Source of the DNA: Smithellaceae bacterium
Lineage (GTDB): Bacteria; Desulfobacterota; Syntrophia; Syntrophales; Smithellaceae
DNA: 64,000 nt
Direction of reading: 5' to 3'
NCBI GenBank assembly: GCA_963667845.2
Contig: CAXXVL010000001.1
Span: 736,001 to 800,000, forward strand
The position numbers were made by a program, and so were the translations under genes. Below the pieces are notes generated by a model, which was given only the letters and a program-made list of their open reading frames with translations, ran no database searches and had not been told where the DNA came from. This document shows, in pieces, positions 19,770-29,716 of the stretch; the stretch's first letter is position 1; the number at the start of each line of letters is the position of its first letter.

Positions 19770-21158
19770 ATGCGCGATTTTACAGAAGGCAATATTGCCA
19801 GACAGGTTATTGATTTCACGCTGCCGATTATGCTCGGCAACGTGCTCATGTCGGTCTATGGCATCATCAATCTGGTCTGGGTGGGCAGGCTGCTGGGGCA
19901 TACCGCTGTGGCCGCCGTCGCCGCCTCTCTGCCGATCATCATGCTTCTGCCGGCATTTCTGATCGGACTGGGCATGGCGACGAATGTCCTGATCGCCCAG
20001 GCTTTCGGCCGCAGGGACACGGCAACTCTCAAAAAGATTCTGTCCAATTCTTTCTTTGCATCGGTTTTGTTCTGTCTGGCCATTTCCGCCGTTGCGCTGG
20101 TGCTTCGGCGCGAGCTGCTCGACTGGGTGCATGCGCCTGCCGAAATTCAGGAGATGGCCCTGTCCTATTTGACCATCATGATGGCCACGCTCGTCTTTCA
20201 GTTTTTTATCAACTGGATGACAGGCATGCTGCGGGGCTTAGGCGACGCCCGGACGGTCGTGAAGATCCTCATCATGCTTGCCCTGTTTAATATCGTTCTC
20301 GTTCCTGTGTTTATCCTCGGCATCGGCCCGCTGCCGCCGCAAGGCGTGGCCGGGGCGGCGTGGGGCACGGCGCTTGCGGCCATCGCCACTTCTATTATCG
20401 GGTATATTTACCTGCTCCGCTTTAATCCTTTCATCAATATGCGCAACTGGGATTATAGCTTCGACTGGCACATCATCCGGGAGGTTTTCATCATCGGCGT
20501 GCCGGCATCTTTGCAGATGATCGTCGTCTCTTTATCGGGTGTGATCATTGTCGCCCTGGTCAACCGCTACGGCACGGCCGTTACAGCGGCCTTCGGCATC
20601 GGTATGCAGGTCGACATGCTGGCCACGATCCCGTACATGTCGATCGGAATGGCCGCGACGACCATTGCCGGCCAGAACCTCGGAGCGCAGAAACTGGACC
20701 GTGTTTTCCGGACGCTGCGGATTTCGGTTTATTTCGGCCTGGCGCTCTCCTGTGCCGTCACCGCCGTGCTGCTGATTTTTCCCGAGCAAATCGGCGGCAT
20801 TTTCCTTTCGGCATCCGCCGAAAATACTGCGGTGCTCCATGTTGTGCGTCACTATTATCATTGGATGGCGTTTATTTTTCCCTGCTTCGCCATTATTTTC
20901 GCGATCCAGGGAGTGCTGCGCAGCGCGGGCGATACGCTGGCCCTCCTGGCTCTTTCGTTTGCGGCCATGTTCGTCATCCGCGTTCCGCTGGCTTACGTGC
21001 TGGCCGGCCCCGTGGGACTTAGAGAGGATGGCATCTGGATCGCCATGCTGACGAGCAGTGCGCTGGCTGTCGGATTGAACTGGCTCTATTACAAGAAAGG
21101 TCCGTGGAAGAAAAAACGGCTGATGGGAAAACCGGCGCCGTCTGAAAATAAGGTATGA
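19770..21158 (+). CDS. MATE family efflux transporter
   Basis: DFTEGNI, RGLGDA, GVAGAAWGT, GQNLGA, RSAGDT; about 12 TM segments. Confidence 0.92.
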   Translation: MRDFTEGNIARQVIDFTLPIMLGNVLMSVYGIINLVWVGRLLGHTAVAAVAASLPIIMLLPAFLIGLGMATNVLIAQAFGRRDTATLKKILSNSFFASVLFCLAISAVALVLRRELLDWVHAPAEIQEMALSYLTIMMATLVFQFFINWMTGMLRGLGDARTVVKILIMLALFNIVLVPVFILGIGPLPPQGVAGAAWGTALAAIATSIIGYIYLLRFNPFINMRNWDYSFDWHIIREVFIIGVPASLQMIVVSLSGVIIVALVNRYGTAVTAAFGIGMQVDMLATIPYMSIGMAATTIAGQNLGAQKLDRVFRTLRISVYFGLALSCAVTAVLLIFPEQIGGIFLSASAENTAVLHVVRHYYHWMAFIFPCFAIIFAIQGVLRSAGDTLALLALSFAAMFVIRVPLAYVLAGPVGLREDGIWIAMLTSSALAVGLNWLYYKKGPWKKKRLMGKPAPSENKV

Positions 21159-21190
21159 ATTTCTACCGGCTAAGGGAGGCGGATGATTTT

Positions 21191-23170
21191 ATGAAACGGA
21201 TGCAAGTAGCAATGATGGTGATGATCATGATGACCGCATGGCTTCTCACGGGCGTCTCTTCAATGGCGTCCGCCGCCGATGCGAAAGCAGCCGATCCGGC
21301 CACGCACGAAATAAACGGCCGTCTGCCGCAGGGCTTGCCCGACGACCGGGAAGAAGAGGAGCTTGCCCGCCGGGGCCTCATGGCGTCCGATCCGAATCTG
21401 GATATCCGCACGGAAAGCGGCAAGCCGGTGTGGGATATGAAGCGGTATGATTTTCTCGCCGCGAATACGCAGGCGCCGGACACGGTTAACCCGGCGTTGT
21501 GGCGTCACGCCCGGCGCAACAGTATCCACGGCCTCTTTAAAGTGACCCAAGGCGTCTACCAGGTGCGGGGATATGATATATCGAATATCACCTTCATCGA
21601 GGGGAAAACCGGCTACATCGTTGTCGATCCGCTGGTCTCGGTCGAGCCGGCCCGGGCGGCGCTCGAACTCTTCTATCGCCATCTCCCCCGGCGACCTGTG
21701 ACCGCCGTGATTTACACGCACAGCCATGTTGACCACTGGGGCGGGGTGAAAGGCATTGTATCGGCCGAGGAGGTGCAGGCGGGCAAAGTCAGAATCATCG
21801 GCCCTGCCGGCATAACCGACGAAATCATCAGCGAGAATTTGATGGCGGGAAACGCCATGATGCGCCGTGCAACGTACATGTTCGGTGCGACTCTGCCAAA
21901 GGGTCCGACAGGCCAGGTGGACGCGGGGATGGGAAAGACCGCGTCGAGCGGCACCGTAAGCTATATCCGGCCTACTGAAGAAATCACGAAGCCGCTTGAG
22001 GAAGTGGTGATCGACGGTGTGCGTTTTGTTTTCCAGCAGGTTCCGGCCACGGAAGCGCCCGTTGAAATGATTTTTTATCTGCCCGATCAAAAGGCGCTTT
22101 GCGTCGCCGAGGATGCCACAGCCAGTCTGCATAATCTGCTCACGCCGCGCGGCGCACAGGTCAGGGACGGGCGGGCCTGGTACCGTGCCATCGATGAAAC
22201 AATCGATCTCTTCGGCGATCAGGCGGATGTGTTGTTTGCGACGCATCTCTGGCCGCGTTTTGGAAATGAAAAGATCATCGATTATCTGCAAAAACAGCGC
22301 GACCTGTATAAATATATCCACGATCAGACCGTCCGTCTGATGAATCAGGGCTACACGATGACCGAATGCGCGGAACAAATTATCCTGCCCAAGAGCCTGG
22401 CCGGCGAATGGTACAACCGTGATTTTTACGGCACGGTCAACTTTAATGTGAAGGCCGTCTACCAGCGTTACCTCGGCTGGTTTGACGCCAACCCCGCCCA
22501 CCTCCATCCGCTGCCCCCCCAAGAGGCGGGCCGGAAATACATGGAATTTATGGGCGGGTCGGATGCCGTCCTGGCGCGGGCGAGAGCATCCATGCAAAAA
22601 GGCGAGTACCGCTGGGTAGCCGAGGTGGTGAACCATGTTGTGTTTGCCGAGCCCGGAAACCGGGAGGCTCGCGAGTTGCAGGCCGACGCATTGGAACAGT
22701 TGGGCTATCAGGCTGAGTCTCCCATCTGGCGCAATTTTTATCTGGCGGGCGCCCGGGAGCTGCGCTACGGTATTGACAAAAGTATTCCCGTGCAGGCACG
22801 CAGCCGGGACATCCTGCGCGGGATGCCCATGGATCAGTTTTTTGACCTGATGGCGGTTCGCTTAAACAGCCGGAAGGCGGCCGATAAACGGATTACGGTC
22901 AACTGGGTGCTGACGGATACAAACCAGACGTATACGCTCGCCCTGACCAACAGCGTTTTGAACCAGAAACGCGGACGCCTTGACCCCAAAGCCGACACGA
23001 CCGTGTCGCTTGCCCGTCCGGTATTCGATTCCATTATGGCCAAGCAGGCAACCTTCGCCGGGCGTGTTCTGGCCGGCGACATCAAGATTGACGGCAGCAT
23101 GGTGAAGTTTCTCGAAATGATGTCATGTGTGGAGGAGTTTGATCTGTGGTTCAATATCGTGACGCCCTGA
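21191..23170 (+). CDS. Secreted alkyl sulfatase (SdsA1-like metallo-beta-lactamase with dimerisation and SCP2-like domains)
   Basis: Signal peptide (ASA-A), TVNPALWR, YQVRGYD, HSHVDH, HNLLTPRGAQVRD, FNIVTP terminus. Confidence 0.9.
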   Translation: MKRMQVAMMVMIMMTAWLLTGVSSMASAADAKAADPATHEINGRLPQGLPDDREEEELARRGLMASDPNLDIRTESGKPVWDMKRYDFLAANTQAPDTVNPALWRHARRNSIHGLFKVTQGVYQVRGYDISNITFIEGKTGYIVVDPLVSVEPARAALELFYRHLPRRPVTAVIYTHSHVDHWGGVKGIVSAEEVQAGKVRIIGPAGITDEIISENLMAGNAMMRRATYMFGATLPKGPTGQVDAGMGKTASSGTVSYIRPTEEITKPLEEVVIDGVRFVFQQVPATEAPVEMIFYLPDQKALCVAEDATASLHNLLTPRGAQVRDGRAWYRAIDETIDLFGDQADVLFATHLWPRFGNEKIIDYLQKQRDLYKYIHDQTVRLMNQGYTMTECAEQIILPKSLAGEWYNRDFYGTVNFNVKAVYQRYLGWFDANPAHLHPLPPQEAGRKYMEFMGGSDAVLARARASMQKGEYRWVAEVVNHVVFAEPGNREARELQADALEQLGYQAESPIWRNFYLAGARELRYGIDKSIPVQARSRDILRGMPMDQFFDLMAVRLNSRKAADKRITVNWVLTDTNQTYTLALTNSVLNQKRGRLDPKADTTVSLARPVFDSIMAKQATFAGRVLAGDIKIDGSMVKFLEMMSCVEEFDLWFNIVTP

Positions 23171-23199
23171 CGTTTCAGGCCTTCGCAAAAGACAGGGTC

Positions 23200-23227
23200 A
23201 AAATATATGGGTGTCACCATGTATTTT
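23200..23227. terminator. Hairpin between convergent genes
   Basis: AAAATATATGG-gtgtca-CCATGTATTTT. Confidence 0.45.
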
Positions 23228-23273
23228 CAACCACGTCAGGGCATGATGACTGCACGCAGTTTCCTGGGAGCAC

Positions 23274-24959
23274 TCATTTGAGGCGAATCCGTCCCTTATT
23301 GATCTTCCTGTAGATTGTAGAGGCATTGACTCCCAGCAGCTCAGCCGTCTTTTCGATGCTGCCGGACTCCTGATAGGCCCGCTTGAAAAGAATCTTCTCC
23401 ACTTTTTCCATCGCCTCTTTCAGCGGCATCGGGCGGGCGATGGAAATATCTTCTTCCTGCTCCGGTGTTTTTTTCATTTCCAGCTGGTTGACCAGATCAT
23501 ATTCTGCGTCTCCGACCTCGTCCGAGCCGGCGACGACGAGCAACCTCTCGATGACGTTTTTCAACTCCCGTACGTTGCCGGGCCAGTCGTAATGGTAGAA
23601 ACGGGGAATCAGCGAGTTGGTGATTCTGATGTTGGTCCCGTACTTCAGGTTCAGGGTTTTCAGAAAGAAGCGGATCAGCGGCAGGATATCGTCGCGCCTT
23701 TCTCTCAGGGGCGGGATATGGATCGGGATGACGCTCAAACGATAGAAGAGATCGCGCCTGAATCCAACCCCATCCACAAGCTGATCCCGGGAGAGATTGG
23801 TCGAAGCAATGATTCTCGCATCCGTTGGTATGGTCTTGTTGGATCCTACACGCATATACTCATGTTCCTGAATGACCCGCAGGAGCTTGCTCTGCATCCC
23901 TATAGGGAGTTCGCTGATTTCGTCCAGGAAGAGGGTTCCTTTTTCCGCTTCGTCAAACAGACCTTTGCGTCCTCCTTTTTTTGCCCCGGTGAAGGCCCCC
24001 TCCTCGTAGCCGAAGAACTCCGACTCCAGGAGCTCGGAAGGAATAGCGGAACAGTTGATCCCGACAAACGGACCCTGCGACCGGTTGCCCGACTGGTGGA
24101 TCATCTTCGCGATCATTTCCTTGCCGACTCCGGACTCGCCCCAGAGGAAGACCGGCGAATCGAATTTGCCCGCCTTGACCGCAACCTGCGCCACTCTCTT
24201 CATCTGTTCGCTGGAATAGACGATTTTGTCCCGACCGAGCAGGACCTCGAGCGAGTTCAATCTTTTGTAATACTGGTCCTTCAATGTCTCCGAGCTGGAC
24301 AGGTCACTTTCCAACTGGATCATCCGGGTGACGTCCCGTCCCGTGCTGACCACCTTCTTAATCTTCCCGCGTTTGTCAAAAAAAGGGATGCTTTGATACT
24401 GAAGGGTTATTCCCGATCCATAGGTGACGTTCGTGCTCATCGGCTTTTTCGCTTTCAGAGCATTCAAGGAGGCCGCATCCGTCAGCGCGTGCTCTTCAAC
24501 GAGTTCATGCAGGTCCCTGCCGATCCATTCCTTGGCGTCGACCCCGATATATTTAGAAAGGGTATCATTGAGATGCTCCAATACCCCGTCTTGATCTACA
24601 ATTCCGATTGCCACATCGATGTAATCCAGGAAGGTGTCAAAATCCATCAGTTTCAATATATCCGCTATATCGAACAGATATAAATAGCTCTTTTTCTCAC
24701 CATCAAATCCGACTGGAAAAACTCTGATCCGGCGGGACATCTTCCCGATCTTGATATTTCGCGGCCCCTCTGGTGCTTCGGGGGACTCTGCTTTCGCAAA
24801 CAGGGGATCAATTTCGGCAATGGAGTTAATGGAATGAAGGTCGGCAGAACGCAACAACGATTCTGCGGGATCGTTCATCATCAGAAGGTGTCCCTCTTCG
24901 TCTGCGAGCAATGCCGGATTGGCGATTTGCCTTAAAAAATCTCTTTCTATCGTTATCAC
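23274..24959 (-). CDS. Sigma54-dependent transcriptional activator with PAS domains and C-terminal HTH
   Basis: GESGVGKE, ESEFFGYEEGAFTGA, LFLDEI, WPGNVRELKN, TAELLGVNASTIYRK. Confidence 0.95.
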   Translation of the reverse strand: MITIERDFLRQIANPALLADEEGHLLMMNDPAESLLRSADLHSINSIAEIDPLFAKAESPEAPEGPRNIKIGKMSRRIRVFPVGFDGEKKSYLYLFDIADILKLMDFDTFLDYIDVAIGIVDQDGVLEHLNDTLSKYIGVDAKEWIGRDLHELVEEHALTDAASLNALKAKKPMSTNVTYGSGITLQYQSIPFFDKRGKIKKVVSTGRDVTRMIQLESDLSSSETLKDQYYKRLNSLEVLLGRDKIVYSSEQMKRVAQVAVKAGKFDSPVFLWGESGVGKEMIAKMIHQSGNRSQGPFVGINCSAIPSELLESEFFGYEEGAFTGAKKGGRKGLFDEAEKGTLFLDEISELPIGMQSKLLRVIQEHEYMRVGSNKTIPTDARIIASTNLSRDQLVDGVGFRRDLFYRLSVIPIHIPPLRERRDDILPLIRFFLKTLNLKYGTNIRITNSLIPRFYHYDWPGNVRELKNVIERLLVVAGSDEVGDAEYDLVNQLEMKKTPEQEEDISIARPMPLKEAMEKVEKILFKRAYQESGSIEKTAELLGVNASTIYRKINKGRIRLK

Positions 24960-25006
24960 GGATCCTTCTCCAACTGAATACTAAAATGACCGAAAACATT
25001 TTCCTT

Positions 25007-25039
25007 TTGCAGCATGCAAGATATTTTTGCATAAAGCAA
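25007..25039 (+). promoter_or_regulatory. Tandem palindromic upstream activator sites
   Basis: TTGCAGCATGCAA (25007-25019) and TTGCATAAAGCAA (25027-25039), starts 20 bp apart. Confidence 0.65.
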
Positions 25040-25085
25040 GGGATTTGTGGGCATAAAAAAGCATGCCTTGCGCAATATATAATAA

Positions 25086-25098
25086 AATCAATATATTA
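25086..25098 (+). promoter_or_regulatory. IHF binding site
   Basis: AATCAATATATTA matches WATCAANNNNTTR, between the activator sites and the promoter. Confidence 0.6.
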
Positions 25099-25103
25099 AA
25101 TAA

Positions 25104-25120
25104 ACGGTACGGCCATTGCA
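25104..25120 (+). promoter_or_regulatory. Sigma54 -24/-12 promoter
   Basis: ACGGTACGGCCATTGCA: GG-N10-GC with TTGCA, about 60 bp upstream of ATG 25183. Confidence 0.7.
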
Positions 25121-25182
25121 TTTGGCAAGAGTGATATTGCTGGGAATAAGAAAAAAACAAAAAAAAGACGGGAGGAAACAAT

Positions 25183-26079
25183 ATGACTATCCATTTCGAC
25201 GAGCGCGTCGCGATCGTCACCGGCGCAGGAGCCGGGCTCGGCAGAAGTTATGCGCTGGAACTGGCCGCACGCGGCGCAAGGGTGGTGGTGAACGATCCCG
25301 GTGTTCTCTCCGATGGATCATCCCGCGCACTGAAGGTGGCCCAAGAGATCCGTGAACAGGGTGGCCGTGCCGTTGCCAATTGCGACAGTGTAGCGGACCG
25401 TGATTCCGCAGGAAAAATCGTCGCCGCCGCCATGGAAAACTTTGGACGGCTGGACATTCTTATCAACAATGCGGGGATTCTCAGGGACAAGAGCTTTTCC
25501 AAGATGCCCCTCGACGATTTCGAAGATGTGCTACGGGTCCATCTTCTCGGCGCCGTCTATCTCACGAAGGCGGCTTTTCCGATCATGCAACTGGCAAAAT
25601 ACGGCAGAATCCTGCTGACCACTTCCACGGCCGGCCTCTATGGTAATTTCGGGCAGACCAATTACGCCGCAGCTAAGCTGGGCCTGGTCGGATTGATGAA
25701 TGCTCTGAAACTCGAGGGGGCAAAATACGATATCACCGTGAACACCATCGCCCCCATCGCCGCAACGGGGATGGCGGGCGGAACTTTTCCGGCGGAGATT
25801 GCCGACAGGATCAAACCCGAACTGGTGGCGTCGATGGCCCTCTATCTCGTTTCCGACCAATGCCGGTCAACGGGGAGGATTCTGTCCGCCGGGGGCGGTT
25901 ATTATTCCAGCGTGCAAATGTTTGAGGGAGGCGGTGTGCGCTTCGCAACCGGTGCGGCCGTTACGGTGGAACAGATTGCCGAACGATTTCCCGAAATCAT
26001 CTCCATGAACGATGCGCGTTATTATGAAAATGCCACAGAAAACGTCCTTAACATCCTGTCCTCTCTTGTTGAGAAATGA
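25183..26079 (+). CDS. SDR oxidoreductase resembling the MFE-2-type 3-hydroxyacyl-CoA dehydrogenase domain
   Basis: TGAGAGLG, VVVND, NNAGILRD, GLYGNFGQTNYAAAK. Confidence 0.88.
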   Translation: MTIHFDERVAIVTGAGAGLGRSYALELAARGARVVVNDPGVLSDGSSRALKVAQEIREQGGRAVANCDSVADRDSAGKIVAAAMENFGRLDILINNAGILRDKSFSKMPLDDFEDVLRVHLLGAVYLTKAAFPIMQLAKYGRILLTTSTAGLYGNFGQTNYAAAKLGLVGLMNALKLEGAKYDITVNTIAPIAATGMAGGTFPAEIADRIKPELVASMALYLVSDQCRSTGRILSAGGGYYSSVQMFEGGGVRFATGAAVTVEQIAERFPEIISMNDARYYENATENVLNILSSLVEK

Positions 26080-26130
26080 CCGGATGCCGCGGCGAATGAT
26101 CATCAAACCATCAAAATATCAGGAGGATTT

Positions 26131-27426
26131 ATGAAAGATCGAATCTATATCATCGGTGCGGGTATGACCCCCATCGTCAAGCAGGACGGCGGTTCTTTTG
26201 AACAACAATGCGACGTCGCCATTTCCGAAGCTATGGAAGACGCGGGCCTGAGTTCCAAAGGCGATCAGGATGCCATCGGCGGCATCTGGTACGGCAATTG
26301 CGCCCAGGGAATGCTCACAAGCCAGCATTGCATCCGCGGACAGGTGATCCTGCGACGGCTCGGCTTCGAGAGTATGCCCGTTGTGAATGTGGAGAATGCC
26401 TGCGCGACAGCTTCTACGGCGTTGAACCAGGCGATCCATTACGTACTGGCGGGTGGGTCCGATCTGGCCCTTGCCGTCGGCATCGAAAAGGTGTTGCCCG
26501 ATCTCAATAACCTGGAGGATCTTCCGGAGATCGTGGCCGCTCTTCCCTACATGACGCTTTCCGCTTTCTGGATGGGGAGCGAGCAGGACAGGAAAAAGCT
26601 GTACATAGAGAAATGGCGGAAGGAAAAATCGGAGGTCCTCGGGATTCCCTATGAGGAGACGAATGTCGGGGGAGACCGGAGTCCCTTTATGGATTACTAC
26701 GCCGTGAAAGCCATGAAGGTCATGAAAAAATACGGCTACACCCAGGAGCAACTGGCCAGGGTCTGCGCAAAGACGCACCATCACAGCACAATGAATCCCA
26801 AAGCCCAGTACCGGAAGGAAATATCCTGGGAACAGGTCATGGCCGACAAACCCATTACCTACCCCCTGACCCGTCCTATGTGCGCGCCGACGGGAGAGGG
26901 CTGCGCAGCGGCCATTGTCTGTTCAGAAAAATACCTCAGGGAACACAAGGAAATAAAGGATCCGGTCCTGGTCCTCGCATCGGTTCTCGTCTCCGGGCGG
27001 ACGCGGGGAGACTATGATCAGGATATTTCGGGTAGAGGCGCCGAGATTGCTTTTCAGCAGGCGGGCCTTGCGCGGAAAGACATTGATGTCCTGGAGCTGC
27101 ATGATGCGACATCCTTCGGAGAAATCTATCAGACGGCCCAGGCCGGTTTCTGCACATCAGAAGAAGCCGGAGTTTACTGTTCTTCAGGAGCGACCGCTTT
27201 GGGAGGAGATTTACCGACAAATGTCAGCGGCGGTCTGATTTCGCGCGGCCATCCCGTCGGTTGCACCGGACTTGCCCAGGCGTACGAACTGGTCACCCAG
27301 CTGCGGGGGCGCGCGGGCGCGAGGCAGGTGAGAGGGGCGAAGATCGGTATGCAGATCAATGGAGGAGGCCTGATCGGCGTCGAAGAAGCGGCTCTGGGGG
27401 CTCATATTTACCGCAAAGTGGAATAA
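26131..27426 (+). CDS. Thiolase family protein (SCP2/lipid-transfer type)
   Basis: NVENACATAS, ELHDAT, GGLISRGHPVGCTG, ARQV. Confidence 0.88.
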   Translation: MKDRIYIIGAGMTPIVKQDGGSFEQQCDVAISEAMEDAGLSSKGDQDAIGGIWYGNCAQGMLTSQHCIRGQVILRRLGFESMPVVNVENACATASTALNQAIHYVLAGGSDLALAVGIEKVLPDLNNLEDLPEIVAALPYMTLSAFWMGSEQDRKKLYIEKWRKEKSEVLGIPYEETNVGGDRSPFMDYYAVKAMKVMKKYGYTQEQLARVCAKTHHHSTMNPKAQYRKEISWEQVMADKPITYPLTRPMCAPTGEGCAAAIVCSEKYLREHKEIKDPVLVLASVLVSGRTRGDYDQDISGRGAEIAFQQAGLARKDIDVLELHDATSFGEIYQTAQAGFCTSEEAGVYCSSGATALGGDLPTNVSGGLISRGHPVGCTGLAQAYELVTQLRGRAGARQVRGAKIGMQINGGGLIGVEEAALGAHIYRKVE

Positions 27427-27461
27427 ACAATTTTAAAAAGGTCTATCTAAGGAGAAAGACA

Positions 27462-28697
27462 ATGGGAGACACATTACCTTTACAGGGGATCAAGATCCTG
27501 GATTTCAGTACTTATGCCGCTGCCCCGATCTGCGCGATGACGCTCGCGGACTGGGGCGCGGATGTCATCAAAATCGAATCGCTCTCAGGTGACATGTTCC
27601 GGTTTTTCGGTTTTATCATGGCGTGTCCGGTTCAGGACGATGACAATATTCAGTTTGAAATGGATAATCGCAATAAGCGGGGAATCTCCCTGAATCTGAA
27701 AACCGACGAGGGAAAAGAAATTATCCATAGACTGCTGCAAACGGCGGATGTCCTGGTCACGAATTATCGTCCCAAGGCGCTTGCGAGTCTCGGGTTGGAT
27801 TACGAAACGGTATCGGGAAAAAACCCCCGACTTGTCTATGCTTACTTAAACGGATATGGCGATGCCGGCCCGGATAAAGAAAAGCCAGGATTTGATCTGT
27901 CCGCCTACTTTGCCCGCTCCGGAATCCTGGTTGAAATGCCGGAGCCGGGTAACCCTCCTCTGCCGGCTCTGGCAGGATTTGGGGACCATCCGACGGGCAC
28001 CATTCTGGCCGGAGGCGTCTGCGCCGCCCTCCTGCAGCGAGAGAAAACCGGAAGGGGATGCAAGGTGCAAACGTCTCTTTTCAATACCGCCCTGTGGAAC
28101 CTTCAGTTGAATATCGCTTCCGCCAACAACAACACGCACCTTTCCGAGGAGGAATATAACAAGCTCAGGACCAAGCGCAGACAACCCCGCTCCGGCCTGA
28201 TGAATACTTATCAGTCGAAAGAGGGCCGATGGATTACGGTTATGGCCCTGGAATACGACCGTTACTGGAAACCCTTCGCTGAACTGGTGCTGCTTCGCCC
28301 GGACCTCGCGGATGATCCGCGTTTCAATAATCAGGCGGCGGGATTTCAGCATGGGGAAGAGCTGGCGGCTGTCATTGACGAGACATTCGGCAACTTGACG
28401 GAGCATGAGATCATTACCCGGCTGAAAAAAGCCGATATTGCGCATGAAGTCAACCTCCGCTGGAAAGAGCTCAAGAACGATACCCAGGCCCTGGAAAACG
28501 GTTTTATTATCGAACACAAGATGCCGAGCGGACGCACAGATTGGATCATGGGCAATCCCGTGCGTTTCAATGGCGAGAAAACGTCGATCCGCAGACCTGC
28601 GCCACGTCTGGGCGAGCACAATGACGAGATCTTATCCGATCTGGGATACAGCGCTGAAAAGATTATCGCCTGGCGGGCCAATATGATCATCAAGTAG
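27462..28697 (+). CDS. Family III CoA-transferase (CaiB/BaiF)
   Basis: LADWGADVIKIE, NRNKRGI, GYGDAGP, APRLGEHN; start at ATG 27462 behind AAGGAG. Confidence 0.92.
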   Translation: MGDTLPLQGIKILDFSTYAAAPICAMTLADWGADVIKIESLSGDMFRFFGFIMACPVQDDDNIQFEMDNRNKRGISLNLKTDEGKEIIHRLLQTADVLVTNYRPKALASLGLDYETVSGKNPRLVYAYLNGYGDAGPDKEKPGFDLSAYFARSGILVEMPEPGNPPLPALAGFGDHPTGTILAGGVCAALLQREKTGRGCKVQTSLFNTALWNLQLNIASANNNTHLSEEEYNKLRTKRRQPRSGLMNTYQSKEGRWITVMALEYDRYWKPFAELVLLRPDLADDPRFNNQAAGFQHGEELAAVIDETFGNLTEHEIITRLKKADIAHEVNLRWKELKNDTQALENGFIIEHKMPSGRTDWIMGNPVRFNGEKTSIRRPAPRLGEHNDEILSDLGYSAEKIIAWRANMIIK

Positions 28698-28795
28698 ACA
28701 GAATTTCCTCCCGTGAGTTCTCTGCAATGAAGTCCGGACGGTTGCGGGAAGGAGTTCGGATCACGATAAACATGCCGATTTTAAAAGGAGGGATC

Positions 28796-29623
28796 ATGGA
28801 GAAAGCATCTGTCGTACTCATTTCCGGGTGTTCATCGGGAATCGGGCTGGCGATGGCCCGCGAGTTTGCGTCGCGCGGCTGCCGGGTGTTTGCCACGGCG
28901 CGAAAGCCGGAGGTGATTGAACCCTTAAAGAAAGAAAAGATGGAAACCGCCGCGCTCGATGTAACGGATCCGAATTCCATCGAGGCCTGCGTTCGCGAAG
29001 TCATCGGCAAAGCCGGAAGAATCGATGTGCTGGTTAATAACGCCGGTTATATGCAGATGGGGCCGGTTATCGATATATCCACCGATGACATGAGGCGTCA
29101 ATTCGACACCAACGTCTTCGGGGCAGCCGCTATAACCCGGGCCGTTGCCCCGCATATGATCAAGAAACGGTCCGGTTTGATCGTCAACATCGGCAGCGTG
29201 TCGGGCATATGCGCTACCCCTTTTGCCGGCGTGTATTGTGCGACGAAAGCAGCAATGCATCTGCTTTCGGATTCATTGCGCGTGGAACTGGCACCCTTCA
29301 ACATTTCGGTTGTTGTGGTTCAAGTCGGCGCCATCAAGTCCAATATTGGAGAAGCCGCCATAAAGAACATCATCGAAACAAAAAATTCTGTCTACGCTCC
29401 GCTGATGGAATATATCAAAGCGAGAGCAGTTGCCTCACAAAAAAACCCGACACCGGCCGAAAAATTTTCAAAAGTGCTGGTCGATAAACTATCCCGGGCA
29501 AAGATTCCCAAAATCATTCGTATCGGCAAGGAATCCAAACGTATGCCGTTCTATAAAAAACTACCGGTGGACCTGGTTGACGGGCTGATGAGCAAAGCAT
29601 TCGGACTGGATAAACTAAAATAA
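28796..29623 (+). CDS. SDR oxidoreductase
   Basis: SGCSSGIG, NNAG, YCATK; start at ATG 28796 behind AAGGAGG. Confidence 0.88.
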   Translation: MEKASVVLISGCSSGIGLAMAREFASRGCRVFATARKPEVIEPLKKEKMETAALDVTDPNSIEACVREVIGKAGRIDVLVNNAGYMQMGPVIDISTDDMRRQFDTNVFGAAAITRAVAPHMIKKRSGLIVNIGSVSGICATPFAGVYCATKAAMHLLSDSLRVELAPFNISVVVVQVGAIKSNIGEAAIKNIIETKNSVYAPLMEYIKARAVASQKNPTPAEKFSKVLVDKLSRAKIPKIIRIGKESKRMPFYKKLPVDLVDGLMSKAFGLDKLK

Positions 29624-29716
29624 TGGGACGCAGGCAAGTTGTAAGGGAGAGAAAACGTCCAGCCGGAAACGTGCGATGAGAGAGAAAAATTACCATATAA
29701 AAAAAAGGAGAATACC

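Noticed and set aside
21260..22636. Long antisense ORFs (also 10771..11799, 23592..24683, 42689..43726, 50128..51399, 60981..62291)
   Set aside because: Shadows of well-supported genes on the opposite strand; no recognisable motifs
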